A DNA stretch of 64,000 nt from Candidatus Aphodenecus pullistercoris (GTDB lineage Bacteria; Spirochaetota; Spirochaetia; Sphaerochaetales; Sphaerochaetaceae). The notes beneath the pieces are model-generated. The model searched no databases, was not told the DNA's origin, and worked only from the letters and a program-made list of their open reading frames with translations. The stretch's first letter is position 1, and every line of letters begins with the position of its first letter. A program made the translations under genes and the position numbers. Positions 20,175 to 30,929 of this stretch are shown here, piece by piece. The DNA lies in assembly GCA_017694495.1 (NCBI GenBank), contig JADIMU010000009.1:3404-67403 (forward strand), given 5' to 3'.

Positions 20175-22910
20175 ATGAGAAAGACCAGCCTTGCCTTCAT
20201 TCTGCTTCTTTCGCTTGCAGCGCTACTTGCCTCTTGCGACCTCGTGCTGCCAGGGAATGACACGCCGCTGAAATACACAGTCACATATTACACCTCGAGC
20301 TTAGGGGACAAGGTCCTGATAGCATACGAATGCAATCTTGGCGACAGGATTCCTGTACCTGCCACCCCTCCTCCGGGCCAGGACCCGTTCTACGGATGGT
20401 CATATTTCACAGAGGATTTCATCCCACTCCACTACGATGACGAATCGCAGATGAAGGTGACAGGCAATCTCATTGCATTCCCGACCAACCCTGTGTACCA
20501 GTATGTCTCGTTCAGCTACATCTTCGAGGGCGACTTCGACAGTGCACAGTCAGAGTACAACTACTTCATCATGGGAGAGGAAATCATGTTCCCGGAGCCG
20601 CCTGAAAAGGAGAACTACACTTTCGCAGGCTGGTACAGGGACCATGAGCTTACTGACAAGGTGGAGGGGACCGAGACCTGCCCTGAGACGGGAGCATTCT
20701 TCTATGGCTACTACAAATCGGACATCCCGATACACACACTGGACTTCGCGGCGATTGGCCGCAAGGATGTTTTCCTCGATGGGACAAGCTTCGTCTATGA
20801 CTACAGCATCCCTTCAGGCCCATCGTCCGAGCCCTTCACTTTTGCCGGCTGGCATTTCGACAGCAGCTCTGGCGAGAGGCTGTATCCGGAGACAGCAATC
20901 ACTAGAGATGCGACAATGTATCCCCGATATGTAGAAGCAGAGATTGTCGACATCCTCGGCACATATTTCCTCTTCAGCAACGGAGACGTCTACAACAGCG
21001 ACACAGAGCGTGTCGAATTCAGTGGAATCTCGGCAATGGCGTACTATAATGGCCATCTCCACCTCTTCAGAGAGGATGGGAAGTACTATCTGGACAACAA
21101 GCTGCCTGACTATCTCCACGAAATCGGCTTAGGGGCAGGAAAAATCATCCAGGCTGACAGTGGCGGGACCTTCCTCGCCATCCTCGATGACAGCGGGCAG
21201 CTCTTCGTCCAAGGCAACATCAGTGGCGGGAGCTCAGTCGGCTCCTTCTCACGCATGGAAGAGACTATCGGCCATGTCGTCCAGATTGATGCCAACAGGA
21301 ACACGCTTGCAATCAAGAACTCGAATGGCGAGCTCTACATGATTGGCGCGTCCCTTGACAGCCTGAACGGCGAATACGATTCATGGACCAAAGTCTTTGA
21401 CGGAGTCAAGGATTTCTCATTGGGCAACTCTGCCATTTTCGTGATAGACGATAACGATGGCCTCTGGTTCAGAGGCGTCAGGAACGACACTTGGCTGCAA
21501 GGCTCAGATGATGTGTCATACGAGTTCATGAAGGTAGGCAGTGGCGTCACAAGTGTTGCAGGCTACCAGGGAGGGGACACTGCCGATGGCAGATGCAACT
21601 ACTACCTCTACACCAAGGACGATGGTGTCTATGTGTACGGCAAACACAATCTCTATGGAACAGGCCTATATGTGGAGGCGGATCCAGAGCAACTGTTCTT
21701 CGAAGGCTTTTCAACTGTGAAGAACTTCAGCAAAGGCTTCGTCTTCTTCGATTCCGATGGCAATCTGTACATGCGCGGCTCTCTGGATGACCTGCCTGTC
21801 GACTATGAGCCGTATGTCGATGAGCCTTTTGCAGTCCTGTCTGGGGAGTCGGTCAAAGAGGTAAGGACATCAAGCTTGACAGGCTTTGCCTTGACCGACG
21901 AGGGAGACCTGTACTACTGGGGGCATGACAACTTCGACATGTTGAACAAAATCCAGGCGACACCAAAACTGATTCTGAATGGAATCAAGACAATCTCGGA
22001 TAGCAGAGCCTTCGCCAACGACGGGACAGTCTATGACCTGAGTTGGTCCAAGGGAGGTAAGCCTGCCATCGAAGACACGCATTCATTCTCCGGGATTGTC
22101 AAGGAAGAAAAAGGAGACTACGCGCTCACGGAAAATGGTGAACTCTGGCATCTCGGCTCATCTGCTTCGTCTGTCTACAAAATCGACGATTCAGTGACAG
22201 ACTTTTTCCTTTATGGAAATTCGCTCTTCGGCTACATCTATGAGGAAGAAGGGAACTTCCTGTACAAGTCAATGGAAGACGGCCTCTCCATCAACAACGT
22301 CATCAAGGCTGTGAAGACATTATATGTGGAGCTTGTCCTCCTCAAAGACGGATCAGTCTACTGGAGAGGGAGCAACACAGGTGACAGTCATGGTCCGCTC
22401 CACCCAAGGGTGGAAGACAGAGCGTACACAGCCAATTTCACCCCGCTTGACGAGTCCAGGACATTCACAGACATTGCTGTAATCGGGGGCAATGCAATCT
22501 TCCTGCTTGATGACAGTGGCCGCCTGCTTGCCTTGGGTGACACAAGGTCCATCGGCTTCGACAGATTCACAAGTGTCAACCCGTATTACGTATGCCTGAC
22601 GAGGGCAGACAGGATTCTCGAATACGGAGAGGACAATATCTCTGACTACATCACCATACAAGACGGCTCAGACTTGTACTTTGTTCTCCCTGAAGTCAGA
22701 GACAATATCATCGACTCGTATGTGGAGGAAGTTTCACATGGACGCTCATACAAGCAGATGACAATGAGTGGAGGCGCATATCTCGCAATCGATGAGGATG
22801 GCCAACTGTGGAGCTGGGGCAACAACAGTGAGGGGCTTTGCGGGAATGGGGAGAGCAGCTATTCGCTGGATCCTGTGCGCATAGACTTCTCGACCTGGAC
22901 CATCAACTGA
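20175..22910 (+). CDS. Surface lipoprotein with InlB B-repeat-like domains and RCC1-like repeats
   Basis: Lipobox LLASC; PEPPEKENYTFAGWY; repeats such as LTDEGDLYYWGHD and IDEDGQLWSWGNNSEGLCG. Confidence 0.8.
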   Translation: MRKTSLAFILLLSLAALLASCDLVLPGNDTPLKYTVTYYTSSLGDKVLIAYECNLGDRIPVPATPPPGQDPFYGWSYFTEDFIPLHYDDESQMKVTGNLIAFPTNPVYQYVSFSYIFEGDFDSAQSEYNYFIMGEEIMFPEPPEKENYTFAGWYRDHELTDKVEGTETCPETGAFFYGYYKSDIPIHTLDFAAIGRKDVFLDGTSFVYDYSIPSGPSSEPFTFAGWHFDSSSGERLYPETAITRDATMYPRYVEAEIVDILGTYFLFSNGDVYNSDTERVEFSGISAMAYYNGHLHLFREDGKYYLDNKLPDYLHEIGLGAGKIIQADSGGTFLAILDDSGQLFVQGNISGGSSVGSFSRMEETIGHVVQIDANRNTLAIKNSNGELYMIGASLDSLNGEYDSWTKVFDGVKDFSLGNSAIFVIDDNDGLWFRGVRNDTWLQGSDDVSYEFMKVGSGVTSVAGYQGGDTADGRCNYYLYTKDDGVYVYGKHNLYGTGLYVEADPEQLFFEGFSTVKNFSKGFVFFDSDGNLYMRGSLDDLPVDYEPYVDEPFAVLSGESVKEVRTSSLTGFALTDEGDLYYWGHDNFDMLNKIQATPKLILNGIKTISDSRAFANDGTVYDLSWSKGGKPAIEDTHSFSGIVKEEKGDYALTENGELWHLGSSASSVYKIDDSVTDFFLYGNSLFGYIYEEEGNFLYKSMEDGLSINNVIKAVKTLYVELVLLKDGSVYWRGSNTGDSHGPLHPRVEDRAYTANFTPLDESRTFTDIAVIGGNAIFLLDDSGRLLALGDTRSIGFDRFTSVNPYYVCLTRADRILEYGEDNISDYITIQDGSDLYFVLPEVRDNIIDSYVEEVSHGRSYKQMTMSGGAYLAIDEDGQLWSWGNNSEGLCGNGESSYSLDPVRIDFSTWTIN

Positions 22911-22917
22911 AAAACGC

Positions 22918-22955
22918 CACTGGGCACCCTTCTCGAGGTGCCCAGTGTGCTTTTT
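22918..22955. terminator. Probable bidirectional terminator
   Basis: Perfect 11-bp stem CACTGGGCACC/GGTGCCCAGTG with A-run left and T-run right, between convergent genes. Confidence 0.85.
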
Positions 22956-22969
22956 GCCTTTGGCCCGGC

Positions 22970-24604
<1,635 letters not shown>

Positions 24605-24706
24605 ATCTATTCTTCTCTCCTTAGACGATATTCAATGCTGTGGTTCTTGCACCATCCGCTAAGATATAGATTCCTTGACCAAACGGCAAGATGCACCTTG
24701 ACAATC

Positions 24707-25540
24707 TCAGACGAAGAGGGAGCCGAGCGACATGCACAGCAGGAAGCTTGCGGCATTGCTCATCAGGTTGACCATGTCGTTGTCGAGGAAGCGTATGCCA
24801 CGCGCGAGCTTGAGGGCCCTGCCCTCCCTGTCGCGGCTGTGCTCCGTGAAGGAGTCCTCCTTCTCGTCGTAGTAGTGGGCCTGGATGGTCGCGCCGAGGA
24901 AGGAGTCGAGAATGACGCCGGCGAAGGCTGACAGCGTCGCGCACAAGGCCAGGGCCAGGGAGGCCCCGCTCCAGGAGGAGAAGGCGAAGATGCCATACAG
25001 CAGGCAGCACAGGAAGGCTGACAGCGTTCCCAGGAGGCTCACACCGCCAGACAGGCCGCGTGGGACCTTGGTGAAGGTCAGGATCGAGACGGGATCCTTG
25101 CGGCTCAGGACGCCGATCTCGCTGGCCCAGGTGTCGCCGCAGGCCTCGCCCAGGCAGGCGGCGAAGACGACTGGAAAGAGGACGGAACCCTCATAGTGGG
25201 CGATGATGATGGCGAGCATGGCAGGCGCTCCGTTCGCCAGCACCTGGATCCAGTCGCGCCGGCCTCCCTTCTTGTGGATCTTCTCCAGTCCCCTGATGCG
25301 CCTGGAGAGCTTGCCTATGATGGCGGCCGAGAGGAGGAAGAAGAGGTAGAGGCTCAGCGCCGTGAAGCCTCCGGCTAGGGTGGAAGCGAGGCCCATGACG
25401 ATGGCGGCGGCCAGTCCGGAGAGCGTCAGCTGACGCTTCCACCAGGCCCACAGGCCGATGATGGCCAGGGCCGCCAGTGCAATCAGGACCCTGTATGCGA
25501 GGGGCAAGGCGAAGTAGTGTCCGTCGAGGAATCTCAGCAC
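24707..25540 (-). CDS. DUF92 membrane protein (VTE6/phytyl-phosphate kinase-like)
   Basis: GGRRDWIQVLANG, DTWASEIG, GGVSLLGT, DSFLGATIQ, DNDMVNL; likely GTG start 25540 overlapping the upstream stop. Confidence 0.85.
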   Translation of the reverse strand: MLRFLDGHYFALPLAYRVLIALAALAIIGLWAWWKRQLTLSGLAAAIVMGLASTLAGGFTALSLYLFFLLSAAIIGKLSRRIRGLEKIHKKGGRRDWIQVLANGAPAMLAIIIAHYEGSVLFPVVFAACLGEACGDTWASEIGVLSRKDPVSILTFTKVPRGLSGGVSLLGTLSAFLCCLLYGIFAFSSWSGASLALALCATLSAFAGVILDSFLGATIQAHYYDEKEDSFTEHSRDREGRALKLARGIRFLDNDMVNLMSNAASFLLCMSLGSLFV

Positions 25541-26178
25541 AGCAATGCTCCCATCAGTGCCGTGAGGATAGGCACTGTGATGTTGTCCAGTCCGAGGGGC
25601 GTCACGGCCTCGAAGAAGCCGGCCACCGCAGCCGCGACGGCGATGGCCCACAGGGGGTATGGCGTGAATATGGCATAGACGATGAGGGAGACGAGGACCA
25701 TGACGGCTGTGCCCTCCCAGCTCTTCGTCGCATTGAGGACGGAATACTTGTGGCGCCCGAAGTGGACGCCGACGAGGGCGGCAAGTCCGTCGCCGTAGCC
25801 CATGACCAGCGTCGCCGCCACGACATCATGGCGTGCGACCAGTCCCCTGTCCCACAGGAGGATCAGGATGAGGATGGAGAACGGGAAGTAGATCAGGCCG
25901 TTGTCGCGCTTGCGGTCACCCATTCCCAGGAGCCTCGCCGCCCCAGAGTAGACGACCAGCGCGTTGACGACGACGAAGAGCGCCAGGCCGGCCATGGCCC
26001 AGTCCAGATTGTCGAAGCAGCCTGTAAGGATGAAGATGGAGTTCGACACGCCGATGTGGATCAGCTTGCGCGTCGCCTCCGCCGGAAGATGGGCCCAGCG
26101 GTGCAGCACGAAGGCGAAGGCCACGACGGCGACGATCATGAGGACCGTGTAGAGGAGTGCCAGAAGGTCGCCTGCCAT
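25534..26178 (-). CDS. CTP-dependent prenol/phytol/dolichol kinase-like membrane protein
   Basis: TRKLIHI, MGYGDGLAALVG, KSWEGT, GLDNITVP; ATG 26178. Confidence 0.85.
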   Translation of the reverse strand: MAGDLLALLYTVLMIVAVVAFAFVLHRWAHLPAEATRKLIHIGVSNSIFILTGCFDNLDWAMAGLALFVVVNALVVYSGAARLLGMGDRKRDNGLIYFPFSILILILLWDRGLVARHDVVAATLVMGYGDGLAALVGVHFGRHKYSVLNATKSWEGTAVMVLVSLIVYAIFTPYPLWAIAVAAAVAGFFEAVTPLGLDNITVPILTALMGALLC

Positions 26179-28007
26179 CACCAGCTCCTCGCCCCACCGC
26201 CGCCGATGCCGCCGCCGGAGAAGCCCGATGATCCGAAGGAGCCTGGGCTGTGGCCCCCGAAGGAACCCACGCCCCTGCCCTGTGGCGGGACGTAGCAATG
26301 GCTGACGAAGCTGTCGTTCATCGAGTGGTAGAGTCTGTGGTAGAAGTAGAAGCTTTCGATGTCGACGGGGCCCGAGTACCAGCTGGCGGGGCGCAGCACG
26401 CAGTCCTCGGCCTTGCGCGCCCACTTCTCCTCGAGGTCGAGGACGATCGCGTAGGAGAGGTTGTGGTAGAAGTAGTCGGGATCCTCGTCGATCATCGTCC
26501 TCAGCTTGTCGACCTCGACCTTCTCCAGAAAGTCCCGGTAGCCGAGGATCTCTCCCAGCACCTGCTGGGCGTAGGGCGAGCGTCGGCTCATGAAGGTCGA
26601 CAGTGCGCAGAGCACCGTCAGACCGGTGGCGACGACGAGGGCCATCATGCGCACCAGAAGGCCGGTCAGCCCGGCCGAAGTCGAGATGCCCGCCTGCAGG
26701 GTGGCGCTGGCCAAAGTGATGAAGGTGGCCAGGGAGTAGCTGACGACGTACTGCGTCCTCGAAGGAATCTTCCTCGTGAGCGTCCAGAAGCAGAGGAAGC
26801 ACAGGAGGAACTGGAAGCCAAGGCACATCAGCGAGAAGAGGCCGTAGCTCAGGTCGTTGATCTCCGAGCATGCCGCCATGAGTGCGGCGTAGAGCGCCGT
26901 GATGGCGAAGGCGAGCACCCTCACTCTCGAGGCCTTGCGGTCGTAGAGGGCGCATCCGCCCTTCTCGAAGTGGAGGCGCAGGCGTGGCGAGACCTTGTCC
27001 ACCACGTCGCTGTAGATGTTCGTCTCCTCGAGCGCGACATCGTCCCCCTTTCTGAAGAAGGCCTGGAAGAGGGCGGCCTCATAGTCGGGGGCAGAGGAGT
27101 CCAGCTCACCCTTCTTGTGGAGGGTGAAGGATCCGTCCTCCCCCTCCTCTATCGTCAACAGGCCCTTGTCGGCCCAGTAATAGAGCATGGCGACATAGTC
27201 GCGGCTGTCGTCGCTCGAGTCGAAGAGGTAGCCGACCTCGAGGGGCGAGAGGTCATGCGGAGGATTGAAGGTGACGACGCTCACAGGCTCGCTGTCGCGT
27301 CCATACTTGTTGTACAGGAAGCCCAGCAATGCGATGAGGCCGACAGTCACGGCCAATGACGTGACGAAGGCGGGCACCGTCCAGTCCCTGAAGGCGAAGT
27401 AGCCGTCAGGAAGCTCCACACGGAGGCTGAGGCTCGAGTCTGGGCCGAGGTGCTTCAGGTGGCCCTTGACGATGCGGCCCTCGTCCACGACGGTCTCGAG
27501 TGGAGTCGTCGAGCCGTAGGCGCCCGTGGTCGCCCAGACCCTGTTGGGGTCTATGTCGGAGGGGAAGGCCAGGGAGAATATGATGTTGTCGACAGTGTAG
27601 TCGCCTGTGGTCCACAGGTCGATGTAGACTTCGTCGAAGCCATCCGCACTGTCGCGCGGAAGCTGGAGGTTGTAGACGATCGTGTAGTCGTGGACGCCTT
27701 CGACGAGGACGTCCGGCGAGCCTATGCGCAATGACACGTAGCTGCTGTGGCTGTCCGCCCAGCGACTCTCCTGCCAGTCCTCGCTGACGGAGACGATGTC
27801 GATGTCGGCGCCGTCGAGGGGAATGTCGCGGTAGAAGCCGTGCGAGGCTTCATGGTAGTCGAGCGTGAGGTTCTCGATGACTGACAGCAGCCCGCCCTCC
27901 GACACCGAGATGTCGAAGTCGGCGCGCACGATGTCGAAGCTCTCTGCGCACAGCAGCTGGCATAAGACCAGGACGAGGATGACGAGGAAGGCCTTCTTCG
28001 TGCTCAA
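26178..28007 (-). CDS. DUF2207 membrane protein
   Basis: Signal peptide, extracytoplasmic beta domain, TMs, GYRDFL, Gly/Ser tail GGGIGGGGARSW. Confidence 0.85.
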   Translation of the reverse strand: MSTKKAFLVILVLVLCQLLCAESFDIVRADFDISVSEGGLLSVIENLTLDYHEASHGFYRDIPLDGADIDIVSVSEDWQESRWADSHSSYVSLRIGSPDVLVEGVHDYTIVYNLQLPRDSADGFDEVYIDLWTTGDYTVDNIIFSLAFPSDIDPNRVWATTGAYGSTTPLETVVDEGRIVKGHLKHLGPDSSLSLRVELPDGYFAFRDWTVPAFVTSLAVTVGLIALLGFLYNKYGRDSEPVSVVTFNPPHDLSPLEVGYLFDSSDDSRDYVAMLYYWADKGLLTIEEGEDGSFTLHKKGELDSSAPDYEAALFQAFFRKGDDVALEETNIYSDVVDKVSPRLRLHFEKGGCALYDRKASRVRVLAFAITALYAALMAACSEINDLSYGLFSLMCLGFQFLLCFLCFWTLTRKIPSRTQYVVSYSLATFITLASATLQAGISTSAGLTGLLVRMMALVVATGLTVLCALSTFMSRRSPYAQQVLGEILGYRDFLEKVEVDKLRTMIDEDPDYFYHNLSYAIVLDLEEKWARKAEDCVLRPASWYSGPVDIESFYFYHRLYHSMNDSFVSHCYVPPQGRGVGSFGGHSPGSFGSSGFSGGGIGGGGARSW

Positions 28008-28552
28008 AACTTCACCTCTGGCCTCCGCCTCTCCTCCTCGCTGGCCTCGATGTAGTCGAGACGGGTGAAGTGGAAGATGGATGCGATGATGGACGAGGGG
28101 AACATCGCGACCTTGTCGTTCATCGTCCGGGCGATGGCGTTGTAGTACTTGCGCGCCTTGAGTATGTCATCCTCGAGGACGGCAAGCTGGCGCTGCAGGT
28201 CCAGAAAGCCGGCGTTGGCCTTCAGGTCGGGATAGCTCTCGGCCAGGGCGAAGAGGCTCTTCAGCGTCCCTGACAGCCTGTCCTCCGCCTTGCCTCTGTC
28301 GGCGCCCTGGCTTCTCATGGCCTCGTTGCGGGCGTCGATGACGTTCGTGAGCGTCGACTCCTCATGCTCGGCGTAGCCCTTGACCGTCTCCACCAGGTTG
28401 GGGATGAGGTCGTAGCGCTGCCTGAGATGGGCGTCCAGGGCACCGAGGGCCTCCTCGGCCCTGTTCCGGGTCCCGACCAGGGAGTTGTAGCTGGCCACCA
28501 CATAGATGACGGCGGCGAGCAGGATGACAAGTATCACAATCAAAACGGCCAT
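28004..28552 (-). CDS. lemA: LemA family protein
   Basis: YNSLV..LRQRYDLIPNLVETVKGYA..ESYPDLKAN..FPSSIIA. Confidence 0.93.
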   Translation of the reverse strand: MAVLIVILVILLAAVIYVVASYNSLVGTRNRAEEALGALDAHLRQRYDLIPNLVETVKGYAEHEESTLTNVIDARNEAMRSQGADRGKAEDRLSGTLKSLFALAESYPDLKANAGFLDLQRQLAVLEDDILKARKYYNAIARTMNDKVAMFPSSIIASIFHFTRLDYIEASEEERRRPEVKF

Positions 28553-28649
28553 GGCTCATCCTCACTGTCCAGAATTCTAGCACAGCTTGCCCCAGCGCTG
28601 GGAGAGGGCCTCTTTTCCACATTCCATCTTGTGCCCGGAGTGGACAGGG

Positions 28650-28680
28650 TGTATATTTGTTGCATAAGAATTGCATATTC
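28650..28680 (+). promoter_or_regulatory. Possible ARG boxes upstream of argR
   Basis: TGTATATTTGTTGCA and TGCATAAGAATTGCA resemble the TGAATAAwwATTCA-type consensus. Confidence 0.4.
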
Positions 28681-28686
28681 CAGGAG

Positions 28687-29163
28687 ATGGCATTGAAGGA
28701 AAGACACAACAGACTTGCAGTGGTCAAGGAACTGATCAAGAACAACAGGATAGACAACCAGGACACGCTCCTCGAGCTGTTGAGGCAGGAAGGCTTCAAC
28801 GTGACACAGGCGACGCTCTCGAGGGATCTGAAGATGCTCAAGGTGGGCAAGATCTCCGACGGCTGGTCGGGCTACTACTACGCCCTGCCCGAGAGCGACC
28901 TCATCAGCGAGAGCGAGAAGAGCTACATCCAGGACGTCAGGAGGGGCATACTCTCCATCGAGTTCAGCGGGAACTTCGGCGTCATCAAGACACGCCCAGG
29001 CCATGCCAACAGCGTATGCTTCGCCCTCGACGTGCTGAACCTGCCGGAGATCCTGGGCTCGCTCGCAGGGGACGACACGATCTTCGTCATCCTGCGCGAA
29101 GGCATGACGAAGGAGGACCTGCTGGAGAGCTTCCAGACCAGGATCCCAGAGATACAGGAATAA
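28687..29163 (+). CDS. argR: Arginine repressor
   Basis: VTQATLSRDLK, KTRPGHA, GSLAGDDTIF; ATG 28687 after CAGGAG. Confidence 0.95.
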   Translation: MALKERHNRLAVVKELIKNNRIDNQDTLLELLRQEGFNVTQATLSRDLKMLKVGKISDGWSGYYYALPESDLISESEKSYIQDVRRGILSIEFSGNFGVIKTRPGHANSVCFALDVLNLPEILGSLAGDDTIFVILREGMTKEDLLESFQTRIPEIQE

Positions 29164-29177
29164 GCAAGGAGAAGAGG

Positions 29178-30740
29178 ATGGAATACAAGAACCTCGACAA
29201 GGCGCTCGCCTACCAGGACCTCGTCAAGCTGGACAAGGTCTCCCTCAAGAACAATCTGACGGTCAAGAGGATCAGGGACTACCAGGCTCCCGCCGGAGCC
29301 GGCCTGACCTACAGCTACGCCGCCATGCCCGTCAACAAGGAGATAATCGACAAGCTCCAGGAGCTGTGCGACGAGCAGGAGCTCGTCGAGAAGTACGTCG
29401 CCCTCCTCTCCGGCGAGATGATGAACCCCGGCGAGAAGAGGCTTGTCCTCCACCAGCTGACCCGCGGCAACTGCACGGGAAGCAAGGTCTACGCCGACGA
29501 TGAGGAGAAGGACGAGTTCTACAGACAGCAGCTGGAGCGCATCAAGGACTTCAGCGGGCGCGTCAGGAGCGGCAAGATCAAGAGCTCGGCGGGCAAGAAG
29601 TTCGACACTGTGTGCCAGATCGGCATCGGCGGCAGCGACCTGGGCCCCCGCGCCCTCTACCTCGCCCTCAAGGGCTGGGCCACAGGTGAAGGCAAGAAGC
29701 AGCTCAGGGCCGAGTTCATCAGCAACGTCGACCCCGACGACGCGGCCTCGGTCCTCAAGACTGTCAACCCCGAGACGACGCTCTTCGTCCTCGTCTCCAA
29801 GAGCGGCACGACGCTCGAGACGCTGACCAACCAGCTGCTCGTCACCCAGACGCTCAAGGGCATCGACATGTCCAAGCAGCTCGTGGCCGTCACGAGCAAG
29901 ACCAGCCCTCTGGCCAAGAGCGATGACGTCCTCGACGCCTTCTACATCGACGACTACATCGGTGGACGCTACAGCTCGACCAGCGCAGTGGGCGGCGTCA
30001 TCCTCTCCCTGGCCCTCGGCTACGACACCTTCGAGGCCCTGCTCAAGGGAGCCCATGAGGCCGACAACAACGCCCTCAACGGAGACATCCGCGAGAACTC
30101 TGCGATGATGGATGCGGCCATCGGCGTCTACCTGAGGAACGTCCTGGGCATGCAGCAGACCGCGATCCTGCCCTACTCCCAGGCCCTTTGCCGCTTCCCG
30201 GCCCACCTCCAGCAGCTCGACATGGAGTCCAACGGCAAGCACGTCAACCGCTTCGGCGAGAGGGTCGGCTACAAGACAGGTCCCGTGATCTTCGGCGAGA
30301 GCGGCACCAACGGCCAGCACAGCTTCTACCAGCTGCTGCACCAGGGCACCGACATCATCCCGATGCAGTTCATCGGCTTCAAGGAGAACCAGTACGGCGT
30401 CGACACCGAGGTCGAAGGCTCGACCAGCCAGGCCAAGCTCAACGCCAACCTGGCCGCCCAGATCGTCGCCTTCGCCCTGGGCAAGGACGACGAGAACCCC
30501 AACAAGGAGTTCGACGGCGAGCGCTGCTCATCGCTGCTGTATGCCGACAGGCTGACGCCCGAAGTCCTCGGCGCCCTGCTCTCCCACTTCGAGAACAAGG
30601 TCATGTTCCAGGGCTTCCTTTGGAACCTCAACTCCTTCGACCAGGAAGGCGTCCAGCTGGGCAAGGTCCTGGCCAAGAAGGTCCTCAAGGGCTGCGAGGG
30701 CGACGAGGTCCTCAAGGCCTACGCCGACATCCTGCTCTAG
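29178..30740 (+). CDS. pgi: Glucose-6-phosphate isomerase
   Basis: GIGGSDLG, SKSGTTLET, GGRYS, QQLDMESNGK, FDQEGVQLGK; true start 29178. Confidence 0.96.
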   Translation: MEYKNLDKALAYQDLVKLDKVSLKNNLTVKRIRDYQAPAGAGLTYSYAAMPVNKEIIDKLQELCDEQELVEKYVALLSGEMMNPGEKRLVLHQLTRGNCTGSKVYADDEEKDEFYRQQLERIKDFSGRVRSGKIKSSAGKKFDTVCQIGIGGSDLGPRALYLALKGWATGEGKKQLRAEFISNVDPDDAASVLKTVNPETTLFVLVSKSGTTLETLTNQLLVTQTLKGIDMSKQLVAVTSKTSPLAKSDDVLDAFYIDDYIGGRYSSTSAVGGVILSLALGYDTFEALLKGAHEADNNALNGDIRENSAMMDAAIGVYLRNVLGMQQTAILPYSQALCRFPAHLQQLDMESNGKHVNRFGERVGYKTGPVIFGESGTNGQHSFYQLLHQGTDIIPMQFIGFKENQYGVDTEVEGSTSQAKLNANLAAQIVAFALGKDDENPNKEFDGERCSSLLYADRLTPEVLGALLSHFENKVMFQGFLWNLNSFDQEGVQLGKVLAKKVLKGCEGDEVLKAYADILL

Positions 30741-30929
30741 GAAGTCACATCCAGACCGGTCCAAGGCCGCCGCACTCCGTGGCGGCCTTGTCGTATCCGA
30801 CCGGCGGGCATTATGCACAATTGCGAATAATTCTTGTATTTTCTTGCAAAAGAGTGCAAATCCCTATTTTCCAAGAGGCCGAATTCCCTTAAAGTAGCCA
30901 CATCAATCAAACAAGGGGGTTTGAGCCAT

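Noticed and set aside
28671-29177. N-terminal extension of Pgi overlapping argR
   Set aside because: An open alternative frame only; a good SD and start exist at 29178. The same applies to over-long starts for ktrB, lspA, lacI and the prenol kinase.
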